A stretch of DNA of 64,000 bases from Methanobrevibacter sp. (GTDB lineage Archaea; Methanobacteriota; Methanobacteria; Methanobacteriales; Methanobacteriaceae). The position numbers were made by a program, and so were the translations under genes. The stretch lies in NCBI GenBank assembly GCA_017473945.1, contig JAFUIW010000122.1, positions 10,540 to 74,539 of the forward strand, written 5' to 3'. The notes below the pieces were generated by a model that searched no databases, was not told the origin of the DNA, and was given only the letters and a program-made list of their open reading frames with translations. How positions within the stretch are numbered: position 1 is the first letter of the stretch; each line of letters opens with the position of its first letter. Below are positions 19,588 to 29,663 of this stretch, in pieces.

Positions 19588-20696
19588 TACTCTCCATATT
19601 CACAGCCTGCATTTTCAATTTTAACATGGTCAATCAAGGTTCCATCTTTCTTGTACAGCTTGATTTCACCCCAACCATTTCCACCATTCCATAAACGGTT
19701 GTGTCTTTTTTGACCGTCAGGAGCTTCATAGTTGAACAGCATCATTTCATCACGTTTGCAGTAAAGAACCAATTCCATTTTGGAATTCTTGTTGCTTGCA
19801 TTGATATGCCATGTGTGAACGTCTTCCCCTTCTTCAAAGTCGAAATCGATTTTAACAAGGTTCCAGAATCTTGCGAAGTTGTATTCATACATTGTACCTT
19901 CGTAGTAAAATCCGATTAGCAATTTACGTGGAATTTCAATTCCGAAAGCCTTTGGTCTTCCGCCACCCGCTTCGAATGCTGAATTTTTCAACTCCTTACC
20001 TGAAATTAAACTGGTTATTTTACATGATGAAATCCAAAGCCATGGTGATGTAAAGTCTCCTCCCCAGTTTTTATCGGCATATCCATATGACTTTTCAGGA
20101 ATCACTTCATACTCTTCGCCATCCAACCAGATAGTTCCGCTGTATTCTGTCTTAATTCCTTCAGCATGCCAGAACATTTCAAATGAATTTAATTTTCTGA
20201 AAAGTGAGTTAGCACCGTACCCAACGTTAAAAGTGATTTGTTTATCAATGTCCAAATCCCACATCATGTCTCCAGCGTCACTCATATATTCAGGGTGATC
20301 ACGAGCTTCCTCTTCAGATACTCTTGCAAATCCACTCATATGAGTTTCAGTTAAACTGCAGTCACCAACCTGAATGTTCAATTCATCATCAGGACAATCA
20401 AAGTATTTCATTGAGTAAAAATTATGAATTTGTTTTGGATTTTTACCCCATGTACCTGCTTTAATCATACAATAAGAAGGTTTTTTACCCGCTTTTTGGT
20501 TCTCAGGCAGTTGCCCAAGTGTAGGCTCTTCTTCAGCCAATGCTGGGTTACATACAAAATATTCTATAAAAAAAGGTCTTTCTTCACCTGTTTTTTTATT
20601 ATATGCAGTTAAGGAATGCCACCACCAGTCATAACCTTTTTTGGCCAGCGGTCCTTTGAGCATATAATAATCTCTTTTCAAATCACTTTTGTTCAT
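19581..20696 (-). CDS. tocopherol-cyclase/CrtC/AttH-like superfamily protein (tentative)
   Basis: 371 aa soluble protein. GYDWWWHS...FFIEYF near the N-terminus, and YGYADKNWGGDFTSPWLWISS resembling the GYIEKDWG.SFP..W.W motif of the tocopherol cyclase family. Overlaps the downstream kinase-like gene by 7 nt. Confidence 0.45.
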   Translation of the reverse strand: MNKSDLKRDYYMLKGPLAKKGYDWWWHSLTAYNKKTGEERPFFIEYFVCNPALAEEEPTLGQLPENQKAGKKPSYCMIKAGTWGKNPKQIHNFYSMKYFDCPDDELNIQVGDCSLTETHMSGFARVSEEEARDHPEYMSDAGDMMWDLDIDKQITFNVGYGANSLFRKLNSFEMFWHAEGIKTEYSGTIWLDGEEYEVIPEKSYGYADKNWGGDFTSPWLWISSCKITSLISGKELKNSAFEAGGGRPKAFGIEIPRKLLIGFYYEGTMYEYNFARFWNLVKIDFDFEEGEDVHTWHINASNKNSKMELVLYCKRDEMMLFNYEAPDGQKRHNRLWNGGNGWGEIKLYKKDGTLIDHVKIENAGCEYGEYC

Positions 20697-20794
20697 ATTA
20701 ATCCTCCAAAGGTAAGATAATATGATATTTATTAAAAATCGTTTAAATAATTTATTATAAAATTTGAGAAAAAAATAGTAAAAAAAGAAGATAA

Positions 20795-22861
20795 TTATCT
20801 TTTAGAATTCATTTCCTTAATGTCATCACGATAATAAAAACCAATTGTCAGTATTATCAGCAATATAATAAATGAAATTCCAGTGACTCTAAAGATATCA
20901 TCTTCATCAAGCAAAATTTGTTTAACAACAGATTTGGAACCTGCATTACCAGCACTACCACTACTGCCTGCAGAGGCACCTTGTGAAGCAGCATCTGAAG
21001 TTTCATAGTTTTGTGAAGCATCATTGACCTGATTGGTTCCGCTACTGCTTGGGTCTGAATTTTGACTGTGAGTGCTGTTTCCGGTATTGTCAGAACTTCC
21101 ATGATTTGAAGAACTTCCACTGCCAGAACCGTCACCGGTTCCATCACCATTTCCATCACCGCTGCCCCCATCAATTGATTCATATGGGATTTCTGGATAA
21201 TCATAGCTAGGTGTTACCCCATTAATCGGCTGAACAGATTTAGAATCAGAACTGTATGTATTATCCCGTTTAGAATTGTCAACAGTTGCTCTGATTAAGT
21301 CACCATCATTAGCATCTACAGTGAATACACCTGCCCCGCCACTAACAGTAATACTTACTTTATTTCCATTATTTGTAGTGTATGTCAGGATCCTGTCAGG
21401 AAGTAAACTTGCAACATTTCCATTGGAATCTAAAAACAATGCCTGAAATTGATTTGGACCTATTTGAGTTACAGTGAATTTGAGATTATTTGACCTGATT
21501 TTTGGACAAATGCCCGCAAAATCAGTATACCAGTTGTCACCCAGTTGTAATCTAGAACCGGTTTCCTGATAATATGTATCCTTAGCTTCAACATCCATTT
21601 TGATATTGTTATAAAGTGCATTATAGCTTATTTCCTGATGTTGAGGTTTTACATAACTATCAAAGAATTTAATACCATTAGCCCAGTTATCAGTCACCAC
21701 ATTAGATTGAATAGTGTTGCTTCCCACATGTGCCAGGGAAATTCCATTTCCCTTATTGGCAATGATGTTGTTGGATTTAATGTTCAAGTTATCTCCGGCA
21801 TAATTTATCAATATGCCGTCACCTTCATTGTTAGATATAGTATTTTTGTTGATTTGAACATTTTTTGGTTCTTCCCCATAGTTTACACCATTTGCATTTT
21901 TGGCAGATACAACCCCATTCTTTTTGTTGTATGTAATAGTATTTCCATGAATATAAACCTTATTTGATTTAGCCATCTCTATACCATTACCTCCATTTTT
22001 TGAAATTAGATTATTGAAAATATATGTAGAAGTAGTATTTCCTATAACTATTCCAGATTTTGAATTTTGAGTTATATCATTTTTGGTAATATTGAGATAT
22101 GTAGTACCAGTTGCAACAATACCATTACCTTTAGTGCTGATTTCATTGTCGACAACTCTAACCAAGTCTGAATCACAAATCAATATTCCATCACCATTGC
22201 CGGTGATTTTAAAACCTTTAATAATGGTTGAAGAAGCATTTTTACCCTTGACTGTGATTGTCGGGTTTGACGAACTTGATTTCAGTACAGTGTTTGAATT
22301 GGAAAGCAATGTCAAACGTTTGTTGACAACAAGATTGATATCAGAATAGCTTGAACCGGTAAATAATATGACATTTCTATCCTTTGCATCATCAATAATC
22401 TTTTGAATTTCTGAATTGGAAAGGCCTGAATCTACAACACGAGTATTGTTAACTGTGATTGTTGTAGTCTTTGAAGATGATCCATATTTGGAATCCCCCA
22501 AAAACTTTGTTGTAAGATTGTAGACACCATCATTTAGATTAATCTGAAGAATTGCAATTCCATTACCGTTTGCGGTTTTAGCATATGTAGTTTTGCCAAT
22601 AGTAAATGTGACTTTAGCATTTGAAACTGCATTTCCATCCTCATCAGAAATTTTTACCTTAAAATAGTCTCCGATTACATCAAATGTAGTGTTACTGACA
22701 ACATCTATTTGAGTTACACCGGATTCTTTTAAAATAACCGGATTATCATCACTGAGTGATACTGCATTATCATCCTCCTGAGAAATCAAATCTTCACTTG
22801 TTGAGTTATCAATTTCATGAGCCACACTGAAATTCAAGCTAACTAGAACCAACACAAGCAA
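20795..22861 (-). CDS. adhesin-like surface protein (Ig-like plus beta-helix) with G/S/D-rich linker and C-terminal TM anchor
   Basis: 688 aa from TTG 22861. Contains KVTFTIGKTTYAKTANGNGIAILQ, NosD-like repeats (GNGI..), the low-complexity stretch GGSGDGNGDGTGDGSGSGSSSNHGSS, and the terminal helix ISFIILLIILTIGFYY. The start is uncertain (see findings). Confidence 0.8.
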   Translation of the reverse strand: MLVLVLVSLNFSVAHEIDNSTSEDLISQEDDNAVSLSDDNPVILKESGVTQIDVVSNTTFDVIGDYFKVKISDEDGNAVSNAKVTFTIGKTTYAKTANGNGIAILQINLNDGVYNLTTKFLGDSKYGSSSKTTTITVNNTRVVDSGLSNSEIQKIIDDAKDRNVILFTGSSYSDINLVVNKRLTLLSNSNTVLKSSSSNPTITVKGKNASSTIIKGFKITGNGDGILICDSDLVRVVDNEISTKGNGIVATGTTYLNITKNDITQNSKSGIVIGNTTSTYIFNNLISKNGGNGIEMAKSNKVYIHGNTITYNKKNGVVSAKNANGVNYGEEPKNVQINKNTISNNEGDGILINYAGDNLNIKSNNIIANKGNGISLAHVGSNTIQSNVVTDNWANGIKFFDSYVKPQHQEISYNALYNNIKMDVEAKDTYYQETGSRLQLGDNWYTDFAGICPKIRSNNLKFTVTQIGPNQFQALFLDSNGNVASLLPDRILTYTTNNGNKVSITVSGGAGVFTVDANDGDLIRATVDNSKRDNTYSSDSKSVQPINGVTPSYDYPEIPYESIDGGSGDGNGDGTGDGSGSGSSSNHGSSDNTGNSTHSQNSDPSSSGTNQVNDASQNYETSDAASQGASAGSSGSAGNAGSKSVVKQILLDEDDIFRVTGISFIILLIILTIGFYYRDDIKEMNSKR

Positions 22862-23119
22862 TACAACAATAAAAGCCTTTTTCGTTTTTTCACCTCCTTA
22901 ACTATCGATTAGTAAGGAATTAATTATTGATAATTTTCCTTAGTTATATACTATATTTTTTATTAATATATATTATTGACTTTTTTAAGGTGTAAAAATA
23001 GATTTTTTAAAAATAATAATAATTATTTAATTTAACTAAAAATAACAGGATAACATTAAAAATTGAAAATTGAATGTTAAATAAAGTTACTATCAAAAAT
23101 AATAATAAAAAAAATGAAA

Positions 23120-24505
23120 TTACATTAAATCATGAATTTCATCTTTAATATAAACTATTACAATCACCAATGAGACAATAGCTAAAATTGCCATGACAAG
23201 AGATGTTTGACCGAATGCAAAAACGGAAACTGCATTACGGGCTATATTTCCACCAGCAAATGTTGCCATTAAAACTACCGCAACGGCAGAACCGATTGCA
23301 CCTATAATCTGTCTGACAGTATTGTTGATAGCTGTTGCATCTTCCACATCACCTGAAACGACTGCAATAGTCCATGTAACAGCAGGCATTAAACCTAAAC
23401 CTGCACCGATTGCACGAATGATTTGTGTGACAATCATATATTCTATGCTGCTGTCAACCCTATAAGTCATCATCAAAAGATAACCTACTATGGTGAAAAT
23501 ACAAGATAAAATCAATACTTTTCTAACACCAAATTTATTGGCCATTAGAGGACCTACAAAGTTAAATACAATCATAACCAGTGTTGCAGGAAGCAAGACT
23601 AATCCTGATACAGTTGCTGAGTGATATGCTACACTTTGAACAAACAGCGGCATGATAACATTCAATCCACACATTGTGAAGTAAAGCAGTGCTGAAAATA
23701 ATGTTCCAAAGAAGAAATATTTGTTTTTCAAAGCATGCAGATCAAGCAAAGGAGTTTTAATACCAAATTGCCTTTTGACAAACAGCACTAAAGAAATTGC
23801 TCCGATTACAATCGGCAATATTACCCATATTAAATCAAAGCCGTTTTCTGCAATGTTTGAAAATCCTAGCATTATTCCCACACATGCAAGTACACATAAT
23901 ATCAATGACAATATATCCAACGGATAATGTCCTGTTTCAAATTCAAGTTTAACTACAACTGACGCTATAACTATCAGCACCGCTATTGCAGCTGCAAATA
24001 TCAAAAAGATTGATCTCCAGCCGACATAATCAATAATCAAACCTCCTGCAGTAGGAGCAATAGCCGGCGCTATTCCAATAATAAATCCGAATAAACCCAT
24101 ATAAACCTGCCATTTTTCTTCAGGAACTACCTTGAAAAGCACAATTTGTGTTATCGGAAGCAGAACTCCAGAACCTATAGCCTGAATTACACGTGCCAAA
24201 ATCAATGTTTCGATATTCGGAGCGATGAAAGCTATCAAAGATCCGATTAAAAACAGTGCCAATGCTGCCAATAAAATTGTCTTAACTTTGAATCTGCGTG
24301 TAAAAAATGCTGATAATGGAATCATCACACCCAAAACAAGTAAAAATGAAGAGTAAATCCACTGCGCAGTTGTTGAAGATATGTTAAAATCAGCCATGAT
24401 GCCGGAAATCCCAGTTGTAACAACACTTTGAGCAGCACTCAATATCGCCGCAGCAATAATAAAAACTATTAATGTTGACATTCCTCTGTCCAAATTCTTA
24501 TTCAT
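23120..24505 (-). CDS. MFS transporter, DHA2 (EmrB/QacA-like, 14-TMS) drug:H+ antiporter type
   Basis: 461 aa and highly hydrophobic. The length and the LARVIQAIGSG-type motif fit DHA2 exporters. Confidence 0.75.
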   Translation of the reverse strand: MNKNLDRGMSTLIVFIIAAAILSAAQSVVTTGISGIMADFNISSTTAQWIYSSFLLVLGVMIPLSAFFTRRFKVKTILLAALALFLIGSLIAFIAPNIETLILARVIQAIGSGVLLPITQIVLFKVVPEEKWQVYMGLFGFIIGIAPAIAPTAGGLIIDYVGWRSIFLIFAAAIAVLIVIASVVVKLEFETGHYPLDILSLILCVLACVGIMLGFSNIAENGFDLIWVILPIVIGAISLVLFVKRQFGIKTPLLDLHALKNKYFFFGTLFSALLYFTMCGLNVIMPLFVQSVAYHSATVSGLVLLPATLVMIVFNFVGPLMANKFGVRKVLILSCIFTIVGYLLMMTYRVDSSIEYMIVTQIIRAIGAGLGLMPAVTWTIAVVSGDVEDATAINNTVRQIIGAIGSAVAVVLMATFAGGNIARNAVSVFAFGQTSLVMAILAIVSLVIVIVYIKDEIHDLM

Positions 24506-24717
24506 AAATATACACTCTAATAATTATTTAAAAATATATTGACCAAAAAAGTATATAAAATTAATTTATATAATATTTATTTAAATATTTAATCATAAAT
24601 TTGAACAAAAATATATAAAAATAGGACAATGGTAAATAAATGTTACCCCTTGAAAAAATCATCTAAAAAATTATAGTTAAAAAAAGTCATAAGGACATAA
24701 AAAATCATATGTAAAAA

Positions 24718-25155
24718 TCAAATATCATTATTTGAATTCATGACATCCAAAAGTCCCAAATCAAAAATTAGTCTTCGCAAATGTCTTTCAGAATAAGTGA
24801 CTCCAAATTCCTTTTGAATCTCTTCTCTAATCTCAGAAACATTGGACAATCCTTTTAAAACAATATTTTCCTTTAAAATATCAAACTGATAATCAGACAT
24901 TTTAGAAATTCTTCCGGAATTGCCTTTTCTAAATAAACCATCAAAGCCATTCTCATTCCAATCTTTTAGCCACTTATACCCAGTTTGAGGAGTTTTTCCA
25001 TGTTTTTCAATGGAATCTTTAACAGTTTCATCAGCGTATAAATCCTCTATAAATGAAACTTTCTCATATAAATGTACAAATTTCTCCAAATCACGTTTTA
25101 CTCTTCGAATTTCTGAAATAGGAATGTTTTTATTCACATAAGCTTGCCTACTCAT
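24718..25155 (-). CDS. stand-alone HTH protein resembling the N-terminal DNA-binding half of IS630-family transposases
   Basis: 145 aa. GYKWLKDWNENGFDGLFRKGNSGRISKMSDYQFDIL...IREEIQKEFGVTYSERHLRRL resembles the paired HTH/winged-helix region of IS630/Tc1-like transposases. No DDE domain follows. Confidence 0.5.
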   Translation of the reverse strand: MSRQAYVNKNIPISEIRRVKRDLEKFVHLYEKVSFIEDLYADETVKDSIEKHGKTPQTGYKWLKDWNENGFDGLFRKGNSGRISKMSDYQFDILKENIVLKGLSNVSEIREEIQKEFGVTYSERHLRRLIFDLGLLDVMNSNNDI

Positions 25156-25201
25156 AAATATAATTTTAAAATAAAATACTATAAAAATTTTATGTCAATC
25201 A

Positions 25202-25675
25202 TTAAATGTTAATTAAAATCAAACCGACCATACAAACAAAAAATCCAACCATTTGAGTGAGTGAAACGTTTTCTTTATAAAGCAAATAACCAACAACCAA
25301 AAGAACACAGGCAAGACCAATGTTTGCAACCACGCTGGCTGTACTTACTGCCCAACCTGCACGATAGACAAAAACATATCCCACCTCAAGGCCCACAATT
25401 GCTATCGCCAGGATTATTGAAGTCCAATTGATTTTGGACAATTCTACAACGACATTTGAAGGGCCAACCATGAAGACAAAAATCACTGCTGAAATTATTG
25501 CAGCCACAAAATAAGTAACCATCAATGCCCCAAACGGATTTACATCACTCGGCATTGACTTCATACAGATGTTATAAAAAGTATTTGCCAAAATAACCAT
25601 TAAAATTGGCCAGATAAGATTCCAATTCAAATTAATCACCGAAAAAATAAAAAAAGAAGTGAAGTCAAGCTTCAC
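25202..25675 (-). CDS. small EamA/DMT-like membrane protein
   Basis: Up to 157 aa with 4-5 helices. The GTG start overlaps the upp stop (TAGTG). An internal TTG giving MNWNLIWPIL is an alternative start. Confidence 0.55.
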   Translation of the reverse strand: MKLDFTSFFIFSVINLNWNLIWPILMVILANTFYNICMKSMPSDVNPFGALMVTYFVAAIISAVIFVFMVGPSNVVVELSKINWTSIILAIAIVGLEVGYVFVYRAGWAVSTASVVANIGLACVLLVVGYLLYKENVSLTQMVGFFVCMVGLILINI

Positions 25676-26301
25676 TATTTTGTTCCATATACTCTGTCTC
25701 CAGCGTCACCGAGACCCGGAAGAATATATGCATTTTCATTCAATTCCCTATCCACTGTTGCACAGAAGATTTCCACATCAGGATGGTCATCTTCAATAGT
25801 TTTAATTCCTTTAGGGGCTGCAACAATGCATAATAATTTAATTTTACTTACACCATCCTGCTTAAGACGTGAAATGGTTGCTGATGCGCTTCCACCTGTT
25901 GCAAGCATAGGATCAATTACTAGGACTTCTCTATTGTCAATTCCTTCAGGCATTTTATAGTAATATTCAACTGGTTCAAATGTTTCTTCGTCCCTGTAAA
26001 GTCCAATATGACCTATTTTTGCATTTGGGATGACATTCAATATTCCGTCAACCATACCCATTCCTGCTCTTAGGATTGGAACGATTGCATAGTTGTCCTC
26101 ATTCAACATGCCAGTATCCATTTTTTCAAGTGGGGTTTGAATGGTAGTTTCTTCGAGTTTTGCATCCCTCATTGCTTCATACATCAAAATTGTGGAAATT
26201 TCAGTGACTAATTCCCTAAATTCTTTGGTTCCTGTATTAATATCTCTTAAAATTGCAAGTTTATGAGTTATTAATGGATGATTCAATACAAATTCATTCA
26301 T
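25675..26301 (-). CDS. upp: uracil phosphoribosyltransferase
   Basis: 208 aa. The Upp family is recognisable throughout ([27 protein letters not shown] loop, [18 protein letters not shown]-terminus). Confidence 0.93.
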   Translation of the reverse strand: MNEFVLNHPLITHKLAILRDINTGTKEFRELVTEISTILMYEAMRDAKLEETTIQTPLEKMDTGMLNEDNYAIVPILRAGMGMVDGILNVIPNAKIGHIGLYRDEETFEPVEYYYKMPEGIDNREVLVIDPMLATGGSASATISRLKQDGVSKIKLLCIVAAPKGIKTIEDDHPDVEIFCATVDRELNENAYILPGLGDAGDRVYGTK

Positions 26302-27585
26302 GTTTTTCCTCCGGTATACAAAGGTTTAAGATTACACCTACAATAGCTGCTAAAGACATTCCAGAAATGGAAATGGACAAGTCGCCATATACAAGTGATA
26401 ATGCTGCTCCACCTAAACCTAAAACAAGCATAGTAGCAGCTACAACAACATTTTTAGTGTTGTTAAAGTCAACTTGATTGTGAATTAAAATTTTAAGCCC
26501 ATTTACACATATAAATCCATATAACAATACTGAAATACCTCCTAAAACAGGTTGAGGTATAGCAGTTAAAAGTGCAGTCAAGTGTCCTGAAAATGCAAAT
26601 ATAATTGCAACAATTGCTGCAAGACCAATTACATAAGTGGATGCTACACGAGTCATTCCAACAACAGAAGTGTTTTCACCGTAAGTTGTATTTGCAGGAC
26701 CTCCTAAGAAGGCTGCTAGGAATGTTGCAAGACCGTCACCGAGCAATGTCCTTTGAAGACCTGGATCTTCAATCAAATCACGACCTATAATTTCACTTAA
26801 TACTTTGTGGTCACCAACGTGTTCAACCATTGTTACAAGGGCAATTGGAACAATTGTCAAGACTGCTGCAAAGTTTAAATTATAATGCATGAACGGCAAG
26901 TAGAATTTAGGTATTTCAATTACATTTGCAGCCATTGCAGCTGAAAAGTCAACCATACCCAGTGCAGCAGCTACGATATAACCTACAACAATACCTACTA
27001 AAAACGGAATAACTTGCAGGATTCCTCTTCCGCGAATTGCAACCAATGCAGTTACCAAAAATGAAATGAAAGCAACCGCCAAGTTAGTCCATGGAACAAC
27101 CGTTAAATCCAAACCAATTTCAGAAATAGCTGTTGGAGCAAGAGATAAACCTATAACCATAATCATCGGCCCCACTACAACAGGAGGCAACAATTTATTA
27201 ATCCATTCAGGACCAGTCATACGAATTATAAATGAAATAATTACATAAACTATACCAACAATCATTAATGCCGTAAATACACTTCCAGTACCTCCAATTG
27301 CATAACCTGCAATCATAGGAGCAATGAAAGCAAACGAACTTCCCAGATATACTGGGCTTCTATTACGAGTACAAATCAAATAGATTAATGTACCTAAACC
27401 AGATGAAACCAATGCTACAGGTATTGATAAGATGTCTGCACCAGCAGTGCTATTTACAACGATAGGAACTAGAATTGTAGCTCCAAACATTGCACACACA
27501 CATGCTGAATAGCAAGTAAAATCCACCTAAGAGTATTAGGCTTATCACCAGTACCCAGCAGCATATTACTATTTTCTTCTACCAT
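26294..27585 (-). pseudogene. uraA: uracil permease (NCS2 family), reading frame broken by +2 nt in a (TG)5 tract
   Basis: The track ORF 26294..27526 starts mid-protein (..CAMFGATILVP). ATG at 27585 with an upstream SD-less leader encodes MVEENSNMLLGTGDKPNTLRWILLAIQHV in another frame. The total span is 1292 nt, which is 3n+2. Removing one TG restores the UraA-like signature LLAIQHVCAMFGATILVP. Confidence 0.8.
27493..27502. repeat. (CA)5/(TG)5 dinucleotide tract at the uraA frameshift site
   Basis: Plus strand cacacacaca at 27493-27502. This is the site where the two uraA reading frames meet. Confidence 0.85.
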
Positions 27586-27821
27586 ATTATCACATATTTT
27601 CTAAAATTTAGAATATTTTTTTATGAATTTGATTAATTATTAAAAAAATACAAATGAATGATTTAATAATTAATTTAAAATTATCTAAAATTTGTAAAAC
27701 ATAACTATAAAATCGTTTTAACAAATTTTGATTAATAATATATATCTGAATAAAGTTATAAAATACTTTCTTATTTCTAACGTGAAATTAAAAAGAAAAA
27801 AGAATGAAAAAAATTCCAAAA

Positions 27822-29654
27822 TCATATCTGTGGAATTCTTTCATTGGTATTTTGGGCGGTCCATCCAGCACCGAAACTGGAATAAGTATTTTTCAATTGG
27901 GTTTTAGTAGATGATTTCAGGTTATATTTCAGTTTAACAACCAAACTTTGTGTATTATAGTTGTTGAACATGTTTTTCATATAGTTAACAGTTAACCAGT
28001 TTGTCGGAATGCTATGGCTTCCATGGTCATAATCCCCTGAAGGATTACCTACCAAAACCTTTTTGCCGTCTTTGCTGATATCCAAAATTGCCACATAATG
28101 ACCCCAAGTATGGAAAATTAAAGCACAACCGCCTTTTTTAAGTTGGTTTATAGCTTTATCATATGATGATTTATAAAAATAACTGCATTTGAAGTTAGAC
28201 TTTTCCAAACCTGCCTTAAGTAAATTAGCAAATGATCCGTCCCTGACAGTAGTTTTGGAGAGTTTTGCTAGCTGTTTTTCACAGATATAACTTTTCAGGA
28301 ATTGTGTGCACATGCTTGAAGATGTCGGACCACATGTATATCCCGTATTCTGCACATCCCTGACTTGAGGATATGTATAAGACTTTCCGCTTAATGAAAC
28401 TGTTATGGAGCCCGGCCAATAGTTGTTCTTATTGGCTTTAACGATTTTTATATTGATTGCCCGTTCTATAACGTTCCATTTTTCACGCACCAGAATATGC
28501 TGTAAATTTGGTTCAGATTTAGTTTTGAAATACACATATTTTGACAATTTTTTATTCAAATACAGGAAATAACTATCTCTTTTGATTGTTTGCTGGTATT
28601 GTGCTTTGAGAAGAGTGTATTTCATATCCTCATCAGCCATCACATAATTGGCAGGCATCACATCAATATCCGGAGAACCGTTTACCAATGGAATTTTTTG
28701 TTTTGTCGGATTTTTTACATCACCGACAATACAACTGACCTTTTTGGATGCCTTACTGGAAAATACAGTTGAAGTGCCTGCAAAAGTGGCAGTTATTTCG
28801 TAATCCCCTACTTTCATATTAGGTTTAAATACCACAATACCTTCAGTGTTAGTTGTTTTAGTAAATGTCTTGCTGCCTATTTTTACAGTGACTGTTTTTT
28901 TAGAAATTGCGGAAAATGTTGAGCTTTTTAAATAAACTCTCAAATGACCATTAGTCAATAATTTATTGTTGCCCACAACTATGGAGGTTACTGCGGGAAC
29001 AATCATGGATACTGTTTTTGAGGAGGAAGCATAATAATCATTTCCAGCATAAGAAACTGTCATTGAATATTTTGCATCTGCATTTAAGTTTATTTGAAGT
29101 CCAGCCCTGCCTTTATCGTTTGAAATTTTATTATAAGTCTTTCCATTAATATTGAATGAAACTGTTTTACCTGTTAAAGCATTACCAAAATTATCCTTCA
29201 AGTCAACATAAAAATAGTTACTTTTTAAAACAGTGGTATTAACCGGAGTGATAATGCTAGACAATTTTAAAACTTTTACGTTAAATATCTTATTGACTGG
29301 AGAATAAAGGTCATTTCCAGTAAAAATAACATTGAGATCATAAGAATTTGGTTTTAAATTCAAATTTAAACCAGCCACACCCTCATCGCCAGTATTGATC
29401 ACATGATTTTTATTGTTAATATTTGCGGTTAAATTCTGATTTGAAATAGGAGCATCATTTGAATCTTTTAAAGAAATTCCAATAGACTGACCCGTATAGA
29501 CATTTGAAGAATCAACTGATATTGTTGGAGTTTCCTTAATTAACTCCGTACTATTTGTATCGTCAGCAGTAGTATTATCACCGGCAGATACTGCTGCTAT
29601 GCAGAAAACTGATAAAATAATGCAAATAATTAAAAATTTTAACTTTTGATTCAT
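27822..29654 (-). CDS. adhesin-like surface protein with C-terminal papain/C39-like cysteine peptidase domain
   Basis: 610 aa. Signal peptide MNQKLKFLIICIILSVFCIAAVSA. Four Ig-like modules (FNINGKTYNKISNDKGRAG and others). C-terminal GYTCGPTSSSMC (Cys) and ALIFHTWGHYVAILD (His) motifs. Confidence 0.8.
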   Translation of the reverse strand: MNQKLKFLIICIILSVFCIAAVSAGDNTTADDTNSTELIKETPTISVDSSNVYTGQSIGISLKDSNDAPISNQNLTANINNKNHVINTGDEGVAGLNLNLKPNSYDLNVIFTGNDLYSPVNKIFNVKVLKLSSIITPVNTTVLKSNYFYVDLKDNFGNALTGKTVSFNINGKTYNKISNDKGRAGLQINLNADAKYSMTVSYAGNDYYASSSKTVSMIVPAVTSIVVGNNKLLTNGHLRVYLKSSTFSAISKKTVTVKIGSKTFTKTTNTEGIVVFKPNMKVGDYEITATFAGTSTVFSSKASKKVSCIVGDVKNPTKQKIPLVNGSPDIDVMPANYVMADEDMKYTLLKAQYQQTIKRDSYFLYLNKKLSKYVYFKTKSEPNLQHILVREKWNVIERAINIKIVKANKNNYWPGSITVSLSGKSYTYPQVRDVQNTGYTCGPTSSSMCTQFLKSYICEKQLAKLSKTTVRDGSFANLLKAGLEKSNFKCSYFYKSSYDKAINQLKKGGCALIFHTWGHYVAILDISKDGKKVLVGNPSGDYDHGSHSIPTNWLTVNYMKNMFNNYNTQSLVVKLKYNLKSSTKTQLKNTYSSFGAGWTAQNTNERIPQI

Positions 29655-29663
29655 GAATTCACC

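Noticed and set aside
20857-21204. 115-aa same-strand alternative-frame ORF inside the ALP gene 20795..22861.
   Set aside because: It falls in the G/S/D-rich low-complexity linker, where stop codons are rare in several frames. The main frame continues into a bona fide TM anchor.
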